From Chiloscyllium plagiosum (lineage: Eukaryota): a DNA stretch of 64,000 nt. Below the pieces are notes generated by a model. It made no database searches. It was not told the DNA's origin and saw only the letters and a program-made list of their open reading frames with translations. Position numbers and translations under genes: made by a program. Shown piece after piece: positions 13,291 to 25,414 of the stretch (positions are counted from its first letter, which is position 1; every line of letters starts with the position of its first letter). The DNA lies in assembly GCF_004010195.1 (NCBI RefSeq), contig NC_057718.1, positions 79,127,852 to 79,191,851 of the forward strand, written 5' to 3'.

Positions 13291-14002
13291 CATAGCTAAA
13301 GTGGGCCTCATTCTATCAATTGGCTTGACAAAACACTTCTAACTCCAAATGAAAAAATTAATATCTACAGTGAAAGTATATTTGAGAAATTTCAAATACA
13401 AGAAATTGATGAATTACCAAGTCTTGATGGCTTGCACTCATAGCTTTATAAAGAGGTAGTTACAGAGCTAGTGGATGTACCAGTCATCTTCCAAAATTTG
13501 CCAGATTCATGAATGATCCCAGTGGATTGGAAATGTGATACCATTGTTCAAGAAAACAGGTTGATGTTAGGCGTCAGGAAAACATTAAAGAAGTCTTAAT
13601 AATGCACTTTGATAACCATAGCATGATTTTATGAAAAAGATTTTTGACACATTAATTTTTCAGGATGTAACTAGCAAGGTACGTAAAGGGGAGCTAGTGT
13701 GCGTAGTTTACATTTTTTTTTAACGGTATTTTATAGACTACCATACAAAACGCTAAATATGTAATATAGGGGTGATAAAATTGAGTGTGTTATGTTAACA
13801 TGGATAGAGGATTGGCTAACAAATAGGAAGCAGTGTGTCAGTGGAAACGGGACAAGCTGTATCTAGTAGAGTGCCTCGACATTTACTGTGAGGGTCAGAG
13901 TTATTTACAAATCTATGATTGTAGTATGATAGAAACTGAGACGGTGGAGAGAGGCTGAACAGGAATGAAATTTGTTTACTGATACTCAGAGACTTGGGTA
14001 TG

Positions 14003-14219
14003 TAGTCAGTTCTGCTATTATGTAGTAGTTCCGTTCTCGAGCAATCCCGTATTATAAGAAAATCACATAATAGCAGCACCATTTAAACTAATGGGGCTGG
14101 ATTCACATTATAACCAATACACATCGTAAAAGTTTGTGTTATAGAAAGTGTCCCCACTTCATCAATTCTGTTATAGCGAATTTGCATTAAAGAAAAGCAT
14201 GCTATAGCAGAACAACCTG
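14003..14219. mobile_element. Tigger/pogo-type MITE, copy 1
   Basis: TIRs AGTCAGTTCTGCTAT...ATAGCAGAACAACCTG|TA; similar to 51497-51677. Confidence 0.75.
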
Positions 14220-14537
14220 TACATGGAATGTCAAAAGAAAATAGCACGCAGGTAGAACAAGCAGTTAAAGAAGGCACATGGCATCTTATTGCAATGGGAT
14301 TTCTGCACTTTAAGCCCCACCTGGAGTACTGTGTGGAGTTTTGCCCTCCATATTTAAGATATTTTGCATTGGAGGTTGTACAGTGATGTTTTGTTAGGAA
14401 TTTCCTGGGATTAGAGGGGTTTACAATATAGGCTAAGAAAATTTGGTCCTAAAGGTTTTATTGAAATAGAATTGATTCCGAAGTAGGTTTGATGGAGTGG
14501 ATACTGAAGTTGTCTCTGTTGGTTGGACACAAGGACA

Positions 14538-14837
14538 TTAGATTAGATTACATTACAGTGTGGAAACAGGCCCTTCGGCCCAACAAGTCCACACCGACCC
14601 ACCGAAGCGCAACCCACCCGTACCCCTTACCTAACACTATGGGCAATTTAGCATGGCCAATTCACCTGACCTGCACATCTTTGGACTGTGGGAGGAAACC
14701 GGAGCACCCAGAGGAAACCCATGCAGACACGGGGAGAACGTGCAAACTCCATACAGTCAGTTGCCTGAGGCGGGAATTGAACCCGGGTCTCCGGCGCTGT
14801 GAGGCAACAGTGCTAACCACTGTGCCACCGTGCCGCC
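14538..14837 (-). mobile_element. Young HE1/V-SINE-type tRNA-derived SINE
   Basis: A and B boxes, central GTGTGGAGTTTGCACGTTCTCCCCGTG-type domain, (TCTAA)n tail, GACAT flanking direct repeat. Confidence 0.9.
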
Positions 14838-15060
14838 GACATGGAGAATAAGATTTAAATCATTTAGGTCAGAAATGAGAAGTGTCTTCATCCTAATATT
14901 GTGAATTTGGAATTCTGTGTGCCAGAATGTTGAAGATGTTCCATTGTTAACTATATTTAAGACTGAGGATCCATGTCATATTTTTTATGTTTGACATCTT
15001 TTCAGTATTAATTACATTGTAGTTGTAGACTTGACTGAGTTTACTAATTTGTTTCCCCAG

Positions 15061-15141
15061 AACCTATATATCCTAAAGGAGATCCCAGTGTTAGTGCACG
15101 CAGAAGCTGGGAGCTTCGCTCTCTGTTAAGTCAGCCAAAAG
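15061..15141 (+). CDS. MAP3K4: MAP3K4 coding exon (81 nt, phase 1-1)
   Basis: TTTCCCCAG acceptor, GTAAGA donor; encodes (E)PIYPKGDPSVSARRSWELRSLLSQPK. Confidence 0.95.
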
Positions 15142-16795
15142 GTAAGAACATCATTCTGAATATGCAGATTGATGCAATTTGACATTTTTTCTGTAAAAGT
15201 TGGGAGTTTTGACACTGTTTAGAATATTTTGCCTTTTAGCTTGCTGTCAGTTTTATTTTAAACAAAATGTGTCATATTGACTTAGTTCCCTTGGCCTCGA
15301 CAAATTAGCATCTGCAAATCTTTTCGATAAAATTGTCAAATTTGGCAAGAAGAATACACAACAATGTAGTATTTACATAATTTATATTGCACAGTTTTGA
15401 GATTTAAAGGGATTGGGTGACCTGGTAAATTAATCACTTTAAGTTAGTGTACAGGTACGCCAAGTGATTTGTAAGGCAAATGGAATTTGTTGTTTAAGAG
15501 TTAATAGGTTATAAAAGTGCAAGTGCTTTGCTGTTGTTGTACAGAGGGTTGGAGTACTGTGTATACTTTTGAAGTTCTCACTTCCCTACGTTTTAGGTTT
15601 TTCATGTATCCTCACCAATGCCACTTGCCATTTTCTTGATGTTTGGAATGCACTGGTGCTTAATGATATTTGATTGCACTACAGCTTGGTTTTGCGCACT
15701 CACACTTGGTCTGACTCACTATAGTGAAGTATAATTGTGTGTAGTTCCTCAATTGCAATACGATATTATCTTATTTTCTGTCACCTGTGTGTATTGCTAC
15801 TAGGTTACTGCACAACTTGTCATTAAGATTATATTTTGTTAATGTCTGATATTGCGTGTCCATGCTCTGAAAACTATTGGACAAATCAACACAAATTGTG
15901 TCTATGCCAGACAACCATTGGAATTTGTAGTTTAAAAGGCAGGAAAGTGAAAATTGAGCATTTTTTCCTTTTCTTGTCATTTTCTTCATCTTGCCTAATC
16001 CAGAAGGTGTTTGATGCACAAAAACCACAGCCCATCAGAGAACAAGTCACGAACAAACAAGTGACCATCTGCATTTGCTGTATATTGATCATGAGCAGGA
16101 AATTTCTTTGTTAAACTGGTGCTGTGAGATGATTGTACCTAATTCAGCATAAACTAAGCATTAATTTTGGAATGTTTTGGTTCTTAATAGTTCAGTTACT
16201 CACTGGATAAATTTTCTAAACTATGTGAGAAGACTGTTACCCTTTATGTTAAAACTTATATTGGTCATATTTGGGCTTTGGCATATTTTCATGAGATCCA
16301 TAGGAATATAAGAATTAAGAGCAGAAATATACCACTTCACCCTTTTGAGACCTGCTCAGCCATTCAGTAAGATCACAGATGATTTCGTTGTTGTCTCAAC
16401 TTCACCTTTCTATCTGACTCACTTGTGTTCCCTGATGAGTGCAGTTACACTTTGGTTAGTAGTAGTACAGATTTTAGCATGTTCCTCAATCTTATCTGTT
16501 TCCTCCCTCCCTCATGTGGATGGTGACGGATGTTTGGCACATCTCAGCAGGGGTTAAGAACCTCTGATTTATTATTATGTAAGGGTTTGATCTATTGGCA
16601 GTCGTTTCATTACAGGGATATCTGCAGTGATTCCAGCACAAGTCACTGATTAAGGATCAAGAGTAATATGTTCAACTAGTTTCCCTTCCGAAACAATATC
16701 CGGAAGCTCACTGGCCCCTTTGCTGAGATTCATTTAACTTAGCACATGCTTAACATTAAAGTAACAATTGGCCAGTAAAATTCCACGCTATGTAT

Positions 16796-17108
16796 GGGCG
16801 GCACAGTGGGTGGCACAGTGGTTAGCACTGCTGCCTCACAGCGCCAGAGACCCGGGTTCAATTCCCGCCTCAGGCGACTGACTGTGTGGAGTTTGCACGT
16901 TCTCCCCGTGTCTGCGTGAGTTTGCTCCGGTTTCCTCCCACAGTCCAAAGATGTGCAGGTCAGGTGAATTGGCCATGCTAAATTGCCCGTAGTGTTAGGT
17001 AAGGGGTAAATGTAGGGGTATGGGTGGGTTGCGCTTCGGCGGGACGGTGTGGACTTGTTGGGCCGAAGAGCCTGTTTCCACACTGTAAGTAATCTAATCT
17101 AATCTAAT
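16796..17108 (+). mobile_element. Young HE1/V-SINE-type tRNA-derived SINE
   Basis: TGGCACAGTGG A box, GGTTCAATTCC B box, V-type domain, (TAATC)n tail, CpGs retained. Confidence 0.92.
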
Positions 17109-17466
17109 ATAATGTCTCTACTCAGTTGCTGGAAATCTCCTTCATCCAATTTACAATCTTACTATTGAAATATTTCTTCTTAGCCTTGATACCTTTTTTC
17201 TCTGATTTGCTTCCATCTCTATTTTACATGTACTGCTTCCCTCCATAAAGCTACACGAACTGCTGACAAATATCAGAAGGAGCTCAATTTACTTAAAATA
17301 GTAATTAATCTGTGAAACATGACACAAACTGAAAAAATTATTTTGTAAATGAAATGTTGCCTAATCTACAGAGGCCTTATGCATTTAGCATTGTGGGAGA
17401 AGAAGGCAAGAAGATCTCACCAATTATTTGATGTATTTTACAAATTGAATGTGTTTGATTTCCCAG

Positions 17467-17658
17467 ATATAGCTGCTAAGCAAAGTCGAATTGACATTGT
17501 TCGCAAGTCAATTAAATCCTTTGAGGAGCAACAGAACCAGCAGATGAAGCAAAAGAATATCATTGGCCAAGTCTGTGACATTCCGAAATCTTACGATAAT
17601 GTCATGCAAGTTGGATTAAGAAAAGTAACATTTAAGTGGCAGAGAGGAAACAAAATAG
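17467..17658 (+). CDS. MAP3K4: MAP3K4 coding exon (192 nt), CRIB-like region and kinase start
   Basis: TTTCCCAG acceptor, GTAATG donor; encodes DIAAKQ...KNIIGQVCDIPKSYDNVMQVGLRKVTFKWQRGNKI. Confidence 0.97.
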
Positions 17659-17879
17659 GTAATGTCAGAGTTTTGGATTTAAAAATAAGCATTCAATTTG
17701 CACAGTTCTTATGTATAGAATTTTGAAAATGAGTATTAAAAATATTCTTGCTGGGGTCCAAATTTGCAGCAGAATATTGATCCATTTTGCATTTTCCCAC
17801 AAATAGCGATTCTAAATGTTTGAAAGTAGAGATTTGAACGTGAGATTTACTTACGGTGATATCACAGCTGAACCTGATA

Positions 17880-18335
17880 ACAAAAGTCTTGCATTAATAT
17901 CATGATGTTTGTAGTCACCAACAGTTGCAAAGCACTTTACAATCAACAGTAGAGTGTATTCACTGTTGTAGAAAACCAGTCATTTTGTGTGCAGCAAGTA
18001 CCCTTAAATAGCAACTGATAAAAGGCAGAAGATATATTTCAGTGATCTTAATTGAGAGATATATCTTGGCCAGAACAGAGAATCCCTCTGCTGTTTTACA
18101 AAATAGTACCATAAAATATTAAAATATAGCCACTTGAAAGAGCAGATTTCACCTTAATTTACCTCTTCACTCATAACACAGCACCTTCAACAGTGTTCTG
18201 TTGTGCATTGGACAGTTCTCTGACTGTTGTGCATTGGAGTGTCAGCCTTGGTTTTTTTTAACCTCTTAGAAATGGATTTGTAATGCACATCTTTTGTCCC
18301 CAAGGTAAGAATGCTACCAACTAAGCATAGCTAAC
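17880..18335 (-). mobile_element. Ancient Deu-domain SINE (SacSINE1-like)
   Basis: Reverse complement gives a tRNA-like head, Deu-like centre and ...AATGCAAG tail; related to 24300-24880. Confidence 0.6.
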
Positions 18336-18355
18336 GTAAATCACTTCATATTTGG

Positions 18356-18456
18356 AACAAAATCAGAAATAGTTGGAGAATCTCAACAGGTCTGGCAACG
18401 ATCTGTGGAGAGAAAGCAAAATTAATATTTCAGGTCTAGTGATGACTCTTCAGAAT
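18356..18456 (-). mobile_element. Solo Penelope pseudo-LTR mini-insertion with hammerhead remnant
   Basis: Minus strand TTCTGAAGAGTC...GACCTGAAA; TSD TT(C/G)ATATTTGG at 18345-18355 and 18457-18467. Confidence 0.65.
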
Positions 18457-19170
18457 TTGATATTTGGCCTGGGTTTGTCATAAGGTACTCACGTACATTT
18501 CCATTTTAAGGAGGGTGTATTGAATCAGCAATGGAAGCCCAATTTGCCAAATGTGGCAATGCCACTTTTGCACAGCATTGGTCAGCATGCTCAGGCCTTG
18601 GCTCAAGGCCTTCTGTGTCTGTGATTCCATGGCTGCAGTAGTTTCTTTCATATAATGGATCAGTTACTCTGAGACAACAGCTGAGGTACAAGTTGGCAAG
18701 TGAAAGAACTCAAATCTCAAATTCATTTTGAGGAAAAGGAATCCATAGTTGAGAAAAACACATTGCAGAATTATAAGAAAACTGTGACAGGTATCTGAAA
18801 TGGTAATAAAAATGCTCAAAATACCAGGTTTGTTAAATCGACATTATGAAGTTGTTTCTTCCATCGTATTCGGCCAGATTACAGTTTGACTTTGTTTTAC
18901 TTTTAATGGTTTATTTTCAATGTTCTATTTACAGAACAGCCAGTTGCTTTTCACTTTCATCAAAAAATTCCTCATTGTCAAATAACCTCTTTACCAGCAC
19001 AACATTCAAAAGTTTAAATTCAGCCTTTTACACAATTATTTTCTCTGCCAATATTGCAATAAAGATGAAATCAGAACTGCTGTTTGATGCCTGATTCAGC
19101 ATAACCTTGGATAGAAATTAACAATCACTTGTTTATTTGAAATTATCAACCCATACCTCCTAATGCAATA

Positions 19171-21540
19171 AAAACAAATTGCTGGTGAAACTCAGCAGGT
19201 CTGGCAGCATCTATGGGAAGAAAGCAGAGTTAAACATTTTGAATCCAGTGATGACTCATCAGAACAGCTGGTCAAAACTGATATTTAAGCTAAAGACAAG
19301 GTTTTTTTGGGATGGAGGAGAGGGTGGAGAAGTGAGCAGACAGGTAGAGATGGAGCCCACACAGGGAGGTATAAAAGGAATAGGATGATTATGGAGGGCA
19401 GGCCAGGATGAAAAAAACTGAATAAGTGATCATAAGAGTGGAGGGTTACAGAGAATGGGTAGTCTGTGCTGAATCAAAGCTATTTACTAGGATAGGCCTG
19501 AGAGTGGGTGAAAATGTGCTTATAAACAGGGTTTAGATCAGACTGGTGCTGGAAAAGCACAGCAAGTCAGGCAGCATCCGAGGAGCAGGAAAATCGACAT
19601 TTTGGACAAAAGCCCTTCAGGAATAGAGGCGGGAAGCCTCCAGGGTGGAGAGATAAATGGGGGGTGGTGGGGCTGGGGAGAAGGTAGCAAGAGTACAATA
19701 GGTGAATGGGTGTGGGGATGGAGGTGATAGGTCAGAGGGGAGGGTGGAACGGATAGGTAGGAAGGGAGATTGGCAGGTAGGACTGCTCATGAGGACAGTG
19801 CTGAGCTGGAAGTGCTTATAAACAACCTATGACCTAACAGGATCAGGGTGGGGTGGGTAAGAAACCTAGAAGGATGGAATCAAGGTCTATTGAGCTCAAC
19901 GTTGAGTCCTGGAGGCTGCAGGATCCCCAAGCAGAAAATAAGGTGTTGTTTTTCAAGCCTACTCACTGGAGCACTGCAGGAGACCTGCGACAGAAATGTT
20001 GGCCAAGATGCATGGTGGCGTGTTGAAATGGTAGACTGTTGGAAGCTCGGAGTCACTTTTGCAAACGTAGCATAGATGCTCTGTGAAGCGGTTCCCCAAT
20101 GTGGATTCCTTTTCCCAGTGTAGAGAAGACCGCGTTGTGAACGGCAAATACATTAGACCGAATTGAATGAAATACAGGTAAATTGCTGCTTCATCTGAAA
20201 GGTACGTCTGAGAGCTTGGATGGTGAGGAGGAAGGAGGTAATTGGCAGGTATGACACCTTCTGCCATTACATGGGAAGATACCATCGGGGTGTTAGGAAT
20301 CGGGAGGAGTATACCAGAGTGTTCTGAAGGGAATGATCCCTGCCAGTGCTGACAAAAGAAGGGCAGATGGATATGTCTCTGGTTGTGGCCTCCCATTGGA
20401 GGTAATAGGAAATGGCGGCTTACAATCTTTTGGCTGTGAAGGTAAGCGAGGACCAGAGGGTCCCTATTCCTGTTGTGGGAAGGAAGGGAAGAGGTGAGGG
20501 CAAAAGTGAAGGAGATGGGCCAGACATGGCTAAGGACCCTAGTAGACCATGGTATCAGGGAATCCTTGGTTGAGCAAAAAGGTTGACAGTTCTGAGACTC
20601 CCCACTGTGGAAAGTGGCATCATCAGAGCTGATGCGATGGAGAAACTGGGAGAATACAATGGAGTCCCTGTGGGAATCAGGGCATGAGGATACTTAACTG
20701 GATAACTGTGGAAGTCGATGCGTTTGTGATGGACATTGGTTTCCATTTCTGGGTACAGGCTAGTCACCAATGTCAAGGAAGGGAAGGGAGGAAATGGACG
20801 AGATAAAAGTGGAAACTGGAGGCAAAGTTGATTAAAATTTTCCAGCTCAGGATGGGGGTGGGGTGGGGGGGAGTGGTTCCAATGAGGTCATTGATGTATT
20901 GGACAAAGAGTTGTGGAGTTGGGGCCGAATAGGACGAGACCAAGGAATATTCCACATACGCCACAAAGAGAGTGGGGTACCCATGGCCACACCTTTGCCT
21001 TGAAGAAAATGAGAGAAGTTAAAGAAGAAGTTGTTCAAAGTGAAGGCATGCTTGGCCAAGTAGAGGAGGGTGATTGTGGATTGGAATGATTCAGAACTTC
21101 TTTCTAGGAAGAAGTGGTGGACCTTGGATCATCCTGATAGGGGAGTTGGATGTGTAAAGGGATTGCACATCCATGGTGAAGATACGGCTGCTGTCCACGA
21201 ACTGGAAATTTGAAACTGATATAAAGCATCAGAAGAATCACACATGTAAGTGAGGAGGGACTGGACAAGGGGAGAAGAAATTATTATTGAGGCTTTCACA
21301 GGGCAGGAGCAAGCAGAAACCATGGATCTGCCTGGGCAGATCTGGTTGTGGATTTTGGAGAGATCCCAAGGTAAGGTGATGTTGGTGACAGTTGTGTACA
21401 CAGTGGCCTGATACTCGACAGGGGAATCATGATCCAAGGGGACATAGGAGGTGGTGCCTAAGAGCTAGCACTCCGCCTCCGTACTGTGGAGGTCAGTATA
21501 CCAGACAATGACAGCACCACCCTTGTCAGCAGTACTGGCT
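19171..21540 (-). mobile_element. Penelope-like retroelement, degraded and 5' truncated
   Basis: Minus-strand peptides FLQGKGVAMGT, QYINDLIG and LGNRFTEHL; probable 14-bp TSD at 19157-19170 / 21541-21554 (11/14 match). Confidence 0.85.
19529..19811 (-). mobile_element. Younger Penelope 3' end nested in an older Penelope
   Basis: Perfect 13-bp TSD GTGCTTATAAACA at 19516-19528 and 19812-19824; pseudo-LTR sequence with hammerhead remnant. Confidence 0.85.
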
Positions 21541-22198
21541 CTTATAATGCAGTAGGGATCGACAAAAGGTGAAGCAGATGCTCACTACGTGTACTTAAAA
21601 ATTTACCATGTACCAAAGTGATAGATTTTAAAGTGTTGTTACTTTTCAAGAACTACCCAAGCCTGCCTTGCACTTAACAACAAAATTTGATTTGTAAATG
21701 CAAATCATTTTTGTTGACTTCATTGTCATTATAATCCCAAAATACTTTGTATTTAAATGTCGAACGAAAACATTTTTTTGCCATTCAGTAAGCAAAGATT
21801 TGACTAGCATTAAATCCGTAAATTGATTTGGGTGCTATTTGCAAGAATCTTTTGATTACTGCGTAACATCAACTCAAAAAGATGTTACACTTTGTGCCTG
21901 TATGTGGTTTGCACACAAGTGCTTTGTATGATGGTGATGATTAAAATTAGCCTGATGTTCTCATAAATTAAATGTTGCATTATTTGAGTTTATAGATTTT
22001 GATTTATATAAAATAATTTAACTTGAGACAATTTAAGCCAAATGCTGTGTGGAAGATATTTTCCTGCCTCTGGCAGAGTCTTTGACTTTTTCATTTAACA
22101 CACTAAGTTGTTTGTAAAAAGGTAGGCCATCTCTCTCATGTCTGTACTATTTAGAAAGAGTGGCATTAATACAACAATAATATATTTTGCTTCTTCAG

Positions 22199-22269
22199 GT
22201 GAAGGACAGTATGGAAAAGTGTACACTTGTATTAATGTTGATACTGGAGAACTAATGGCAATGAAGGAA
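22199..22269 (+). CDS. MAP3K4: MAP3K4 kinase exon (71 nt), Gly-rich loop and AxK lysine
   Basis: TTCTTCAG acceptor, GTAAGT donor; encodes GEGQYGKVYTCINVDTGELMAMKE. Confidence 0.98.
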
Positions 22270-23174
22270 GTAAGTATTTTTTGTTTTAGGATGTTGTTTT
22301 CTACATGTTTTCTGTTGCATTGTCTGCCAAATCCATTAATATGCTGTCTAATAACATCTGGAACCGAAGAATGGTAGAAATTGAAGTATTGGGGAAATAA
22401 AGCAAGTCCCTTTCCCAGACATTGGGATATAGAAAGGTGTTTAAAAATCAAATTAACAACAAGGAGAGGATCCAAGGAAAGACTCAGGTTTTTTATCCTT
22501 TTGTAGAGAAAATTATTTGCTCCATCTCTGTAAATGTTCTAACTGCATCAAAATGAATTATTTCTGAAATTAATTGTAATTTTTATCTTTTATACATGCC
22601 AGAAGCATTAGAGAGAAATCTGTTACTGGCTAAAAAATAAAATGACCTTTTCTTGTGACTTACCCTTTGGTTTTCAAATCCCTGCAACAAGGCTTGCTGT
22701 CTTTGAACTCTATTCTTTGTCAATTATAGCATCTTTTCCCTACCCAGGAGGCACCACTGTTAACACCAGTTCTTCATTGTGATTAAGCTCAACTGCATGC
22801 ACTTCCCTTCTTGTCCAAGTGTGGTTTGGAGATCTGAAGGGAAATTAAGCTATTCCATAAGAATGTGATGAGAAAGCATTTCACTTTAAAAACAATCTCA
22901 AGGCCAATGCTGTATTTCCAGAGTTCATTTCAGTCTGTTGTATTCCACGTTTAGTTTCACTCCACTCTTGCTTGCACAACTTGTTTGGTTCATTTTGCTT
23001 TTCAGAAGCTAGAGCAGTGGAAAGATCACAGGGTGCTGTGTTAAACTGATCTTGATCTTGTCATCAAACCACCAGCTGCCTCTGACAATTGGAAAAAAGC
23101 ACGGCAGAGAAAAGGCAAATGTACAGCCTTAAGCCATTGGGAAATTAAAAATCACATCAGCAGTGATGGGTTCA

Positions 23175-24516
23175 CTGGGATTCTGGGAAGAACTGTTTTT
23201 CTTCAATGTAGTACTTGGGTTTTTTTTTCATTTTCTTGAAAGGATAGACACACATCAGTTTCATGTTTCATCTGAGATGTGCCTCCAAAAATGCAGTCTT
23301 TCCCTAGCCCGGAAATGTCATCACAAATTGTGTATTTGAATCTCTGTAGTGAGGTTAACATTCTAACTCAAGAGATGTGAGTGCTAACAAACAAGTCACA
23401 AACAAAAGCACTGAATAGGTGTAAAACTGATGTGAAATTGCAAATAACAAATGACCTGCTCAATCCCTGCACTGGAAATGTTTTGCATAGGAATTGAGCG
23501 CAAGAGGGGATACATTTGTGAAATCATGCTCTGAAATCTATCATTGCCTTGCAACATAAATCTCAATAATGTATTAGCATCCTTAATGGTTTAAAAAAAC
23601 AGGTTATGGAACAGGTGCCAGAATTCCTAAAATTCACTCCAATTTGGTAAGATTTTGTGCCAAGAGTATGGTTTTATAACATTATGCCATAACCTCATGG
23701 AGTTAAAAGTTCCTCATAAATGGAGAGCCTAAACATTTCAGAGTCGTAGCTTCTGGAATTGAGGCAAAGATACATTCAAGATCCTTCTGAGAGAATGTAC
23801 AAAATATTTTTACTTTATTACAAGATGGGAGGGTAATATATTCATATGTTTTATTCCTATTTTTTGATTGGTTCATTATGTAATAAAATGTTGTCTTGGT
23901 TATATAATTGGCTGGGTAAGAAGCCAACATGGCATGTCAGAGAGGGGTAATGGAGGGAATTAATTGGAATTGAATCAGTTCCTTTCTGTGTGAAAGGATG
24001 CTTTTTGACAGGCAATAATTTCTGAGTTTTGCCTTTTATGCCATGTTTTCCACATGGTCAATGAACAATTTTCAATGATATAGACAGCATGAATTATGCA
24101 CAGACTGCAGTAAATTACTCTGGTTTGTTCGAGTGGAAACACATCAACATGATTAATTCGATATTTCATTTAATCCCTATATTTATTTTTTAAATTGTGC
24201 AGTGGGATTGACAAACAGTTGCAATTGTCTTGACTTTCACATCAGTGCAAATGATGTGATTGCATTTACATCTTTCAGTGCTTTTGTTTGTGACTTGTTT
24301 ATTAGCACTCACGCCTCTTGAGATGGAAGGTTAAACCTCACTGCAGAGATTCAAATACACAATTTGTGATGACATTTCCGGGCTCGGGAAAGACTGCATT
24401 TTTAGAGGCACGTCTCAGATGAAACATGAAACTGATGTCTGTCTATCCTTTCAAGAAAATGAAAACAAAAGCCTAAGTACTACATTGAAGAAAAGCAGTT
24501 CTCCCCAGAATCCCAG
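23175..24516. repeat. Local inverted duplication (arms 23175-23425 and 24265-24516)
   Basis: Arms align as reverse complements over ~250 bp, roughly 92% by eye. Confidence 0.95.
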
Positions 24517-24880
24517 ACAATAGTTAATCAGCAGTGTACTTGATCACGTTTGTGAGATCTTTCAGTATGCATTTTAGAACAGAAACTCAAAAATCAGTAA
24601 TGACAGTGGGGTGATGGCAAACAGCATTGGTTCAATACCCACACTGGTATGAAGGACCCTCCTTCCCAAACTCTCCCCTTATTCGAGGTGTGATGGCCTT
24701 CAAAATGAACCAGTGCCAGTCATTTCTGTCTAATGAGACAGCAGTCAAGTGGTGACAATGGCAACTTTTACCTTTACCTTTCTTGACTTTGGTTCAAAAC
24801 ATATGTATTTAATTGTCTATAAAGCAATTTGGAATGCCTGGGCTTCTGAAAGAATCTATGTAAATGCAACTCCTCCTTTA
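24300..24880 (+). mobile_element. Ancient Deu-domain SINE with a nested (ACCTTT)-tailed SINE at ~24605-24782
   Basis: Head TAGCACTCACGCCTC, Deu-like centre and tail TATGTAAATGCAA; the nested piece ends TTTACCTTTACCTTT. Confidence 0.6.
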
Positions 24881-24915
24881 ACACGAACTTCACACTTTGT
24901 TCTTGATATCTACAG

Positions 24916-25032
24916 ATCAGATTCCAGCCAAATGATCATAAAACAATCAAGGAGACAGCAGATGAATTGAAAATTTTTGAAGGCATCAAACACCCTAACC
25001 TGGTACGGTATTTTGGTGTAGAACTGCATCGG
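24916..25032 (+). CDS. MAP3K4: MAP3K4 kinase exon (117 nt)
   Basis: CTACAG acceptor, GTAAGT donor; encodes IRFQPNDHKTIKETADELKIFEGIKHPNLVRYFGVELHR. Confidence 0.98.
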
Positions 25033-25288
25033 GTAAGTAATTTAAATACTCTCCTCCATTTCTTCCAACCCTTCTTCAAGTACTGTACCTTTTACAATGA
25101 AAAGCTAATTACTTTGACTTTCCCCTCCTATCCATGTACCAAGGCAGCATTTTAAGTTGTGGAAAGCAGAAAGCAGAGAGATCCCTACATGGTTAAATGC
25201 AATGTCCCCATTCAGAAAATACTTTCAAATTGAAAAATGTACCAGAGATACATGAGCTCATGTTGGGACTAGACAATGACAGTAGGTA

Positions 25289-25414
25289 GGAGAAAGTAAG
25301 GACTGCAGACACTGGAGATCAAATGGAAGAGTGTGGTGCTAGAAAAGCACAGCCAGTCAGACAACATTCGAGGAGCAGGAGAATAGACGTTTTGAGCATA
25401 AGCTCTTCCTCAGG
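25289..25414 (-). mobile_element. Solo Penelope pseudo-LTR mini-insertion with hammerhead-like core
   Basis: Minus strand CTGAGGA-AGAGCTTATGCTC-AAAACGTC; 14-bp TSD AATGAC(A/G)GTAGGTA at 25275-25288 and 25415-25428. Confidence 0.8.

Larger units (their letters stand above)
13380..14970 (+). mobile_element. Old CR1 LINE interrupted by a MITE and a SINE
   Basis: Decayed PGxDG, RDLG and PHLEYCV motifs in CR1 order. Confidence 0.7.

Noticed and set aside
16796..16870. tRNA-like A and B boxes
   Set aside because: SINE head; no full cloverleaf, and it continues into the SINE body.
14489..17083. Similar 114-120 aa ORFs (WKQALRPNKST...) also echoed at 58908-59177
   Set aside because: Antisense translations of the same SINE family.
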